NCBI GenBank assembly: GCA_963702435.1
Contig: CAVPCR010000004.1
Location: 224,001-288,000, forward strand
Length of the DNA stretch: 64,000 nucleotides
Direction: 5' to 3'
Origin: Candidatus Eiseniibacteriota bacterium
Lineage (GTDB): Bacteria > Eisenbacteria > RBG-16-71-46 > CAVPCR01
A program made the translations under genes and the position numbers. The notes under the pieces were generated by a model, which saw only the letters and a list, made by a program, of their open reading frames with translations, had not been told where the DNA came from and did no database searches. Shown here piece by piece: positions 62,245 through 64,000 of this stretch (the stretch's first letter is position 1; the number at the start of each line of letters is the position of its first letter).

Positions 62245-64000
62245 CTACCGCGTGACGCTCACCTTCCGCGTGCGGACGACCTGGTCGGCCTCGAGGCGGG
62301 CGAGATACGTGCCGCGGGCGACCCGCCGGCCCTCGTCGTCGCGCCCGTCCCAGCGGAATTCGTGGCGGCCGGCGGGCAGGTGCATGGCGGCCAGCTCGCG
62401 CACCAGGCGCCCGCTGACGTCGTAGATGCGGAGGTTCGCGTCGGCCGCACCGGGCAGGTCGATCGTGAGCGTTGTTGCACTGGTCATCGGATTGGGCGAC
62501 GCGGGGAGGAGCCGCGGGGCCAGCGGAGGCGCTGCGGCCGCAGTCTCGATGCCGGCGGCCGCGCCCAGATCGTAGGCGAACAGCGAGCGCCCGTAGGTCG
62601 CCGCCGTGAGCGTGCGGGTCGGGCGGTGCAGCTCGAGCGCCGAGATCACCACGTTCGGGAGATCGAGGCCGAGCGGCGCCCACGAGCCGCCGAGGTCGCG
62701 CGTCTCGTAGACCCCGACATCGGTCGCCACGTAGAGCGTGCCGGGGACATCGGGGTCGACGATCAGGTCGTTGGCCGGGGCCTCGGGCAGGTTGCTCGCG
62801 ATCGAGGTCCAGGTGGCGCCGAAGTCGGTCGTGCGGAAGACGTGCGGGAGCGGGTCATCGTCCCGGAAGCCGGAGAGCGTCACGTAGGTGACGGCCGCGG
62901 AAACCGGATCCACGGTCACGCGGGTCACCCAGCGCTCGGGGAGCGCCGCGTCGATCCGCGTCCAGCCGGTCCCGCCGTTCTGAGTGACCCAGACATTGGC
63001 GTCGTCGGTGCCGGCGTAGACGACGAGCGGGTCGGTCGGGGCGGCCGCGATCGTCGTCACGGTCGAGTAGACGACGCCGCCCTGGCCCGGGATGCCGTCG
63101 GTCAGGTCCGGCGAGATGGCCGTCCAGGAGGACGCGCGATTCACCGTCCGGTACACCCGTTGCGTGCCGCAGTAGAGAACGGCCGGATTCGTGGGATCGA
63201 GCACCACGGGCATCGACCAGTTCTTGCGGTCGCTCCCCGAGATGCCGTTCAAGGCGCTCACGAAGGAGCTGCCGCCGTTGGTCGAGCGGCCGAGCCCGCC
63301 GTACTGCGACTCGGCGTAGACGTAGCTGTTGTTCGTCGGGTCCACGTTGACGTAGAAGCCGTCACCCCCGTAGATCTCGGCCCAGTCGCTGGGGAAGCCG
63401 GAGAGGGTGCGGATGGTGCCGTTGTCCTGCGTGCCGCCGTAGCGCCGGTTGGGGAACTGGTAGTCCACCTCCACCGTGTAGAACTGGGTGATGGGGAGCC
63501 CGTTCACCTTGGTCCAGGTGCCGCCGCCGTTCAGCGTCCGGTAGAGCCCGCCGTCGTTCCCCTCGTAGAAGAGCTGGCCGGCATCGGTCGGCGCGAACTC
63601 CATCGCGTGATGGTCCACGTGCATGTTCGAGCCGTTCTGGCTCCAGCTCGCCCCGCCGTTCGTCGAGCGATAGAAGGGGAGCCCAAGCACGTAGACGCGG
63701 TCGGGGTTGGTCGGCTCGACGCGGATGTTCCCGAACCACCACCCGAAGGTCGAATAGACGCCGGCGAGGGCGCCGTCGGTCGTGCGCGTCCAGGTATCGC
63801 CGCCGTTCGTGGTCTTGTAGACGCCGGCGAAGTTTCCGACCTGGTCGGCGTAGATGGCATAGAGGACCTGAGGATTCGAGAGCGCGAGCGCGAGCCCGAT
63901 GCGGCCGTTGACCGCGGCCGGGGACGGCAGTCCGCCGCCGAGGATCGCCCAGGTGTCGCCGCCGTCGGTCGAGCGGTAGACGGCGCTCGTCGGGCCGCCG
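62245..64000 (-). CDS. BNR/VPS10-repeat glycosyl-hydrolase-like secreted protein with FlgD-Ig C-terminal domain; 5' end off window
   Basis: Many S/T-x-N/D-GG-x-T/SW Asp-boxes, HVDHH, GGTQDNG, GGDG; PNP..IYDVSGRLV..WDGRD..G..GTYLARL. Confidence 0.85.
   Translation of the reverse strand, partial: GGPTSAVYRSTDGGDTWAILGGGLPSPAAVNGRIGLALALSNPQVLYAIYADQVGNFAGVYKTTNGGDTWTRTTDGALAGVYSTFGWWFGNIRVEPTNPDRVYVLGLPFYRSTNGGASWSQNGSNMHVDHHAMEFAPTDAGQLFYEGNDGGLYRTLNGGGTWTKVNGLPITQFYTVEVDYQFPNRRYGGTQDNGTIRTLSGFPSDWAEIYGGDGFYVNVDPTNNSYVYAESQYGGLGRSTNGGSSFVSALNGISGSDRKNWSMPVVLDPTNPAVLYCGTQRVYRTVNRASSWTAISPDLTDGIPGQGGVVYSTVTTIAAAPTDPLVVYAGTDDANVWVTQNGGTGWTRIDAALPERWVTRVTVDPVSAAVTYVTLSGFRDDDPLPHVFRTTDFGATWTSIASNLPEAPANDLIVDPDVPGTLYVATDVGVYETRDLGGSWAPLGLDLPNVVISALELHRPTRTLTAATYGRSLFAYDLGAAAGIETAAAAPPLAPRLLPASPNPMTSATTLTIDLPGAADANLRIYDVSGRLVRELAAMHLPAGRHEFRWDGRDDEGRRVARGTYLARLEADQVVRTRKVSVTR

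Overview
High-GC bacterial chromosome segment. The mix of FlgD/T9SS-like C-terminal domains and 'WGxIK' C-terminal tails suggests an Eisenbacteria/Latescibacterota/Krumholzibacteriota-type organism (inference). Host-type genes occupy ~1-12 kb (GH32/43-like propeller, cysteine synthase, HAD phosphatase, NYN protein, Mla/Pqi ABC transporter, Ada) and ~48-64 kb (GT4, radical SAM, DedA-LolA fusion, nitrilase, STAS, three tandem secreted paralogues, sigma-54 regulator, rpiB, BNR/VPS10 protein). Between them is a ~34 kb integrated element bounded by near-identical 29-30 bp att sites (14002-14031 and 47959-47987). It carries a large serine recombinase, an Xis-like HTH protein, a primase-helicase followed by an iteron-type origin, and an MTase-ParB-TerS-TerL operon. 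No capsid, portal, tail, relaxase or T4SS genes are recognisable. Cargo includes secreted proteins (one split by an IS1380 with a TCAA target duplication), a type I R-M system with an embedded Abi/HEPN-like gene, a minimal tyrosine recombinase, and a low-GC GNAT / membrane protein / NTPase-helical-GNAT operon. Many core element genes are frameshifted, from decay or read error. No tRNA, rRNA or CRISPR array was seen.
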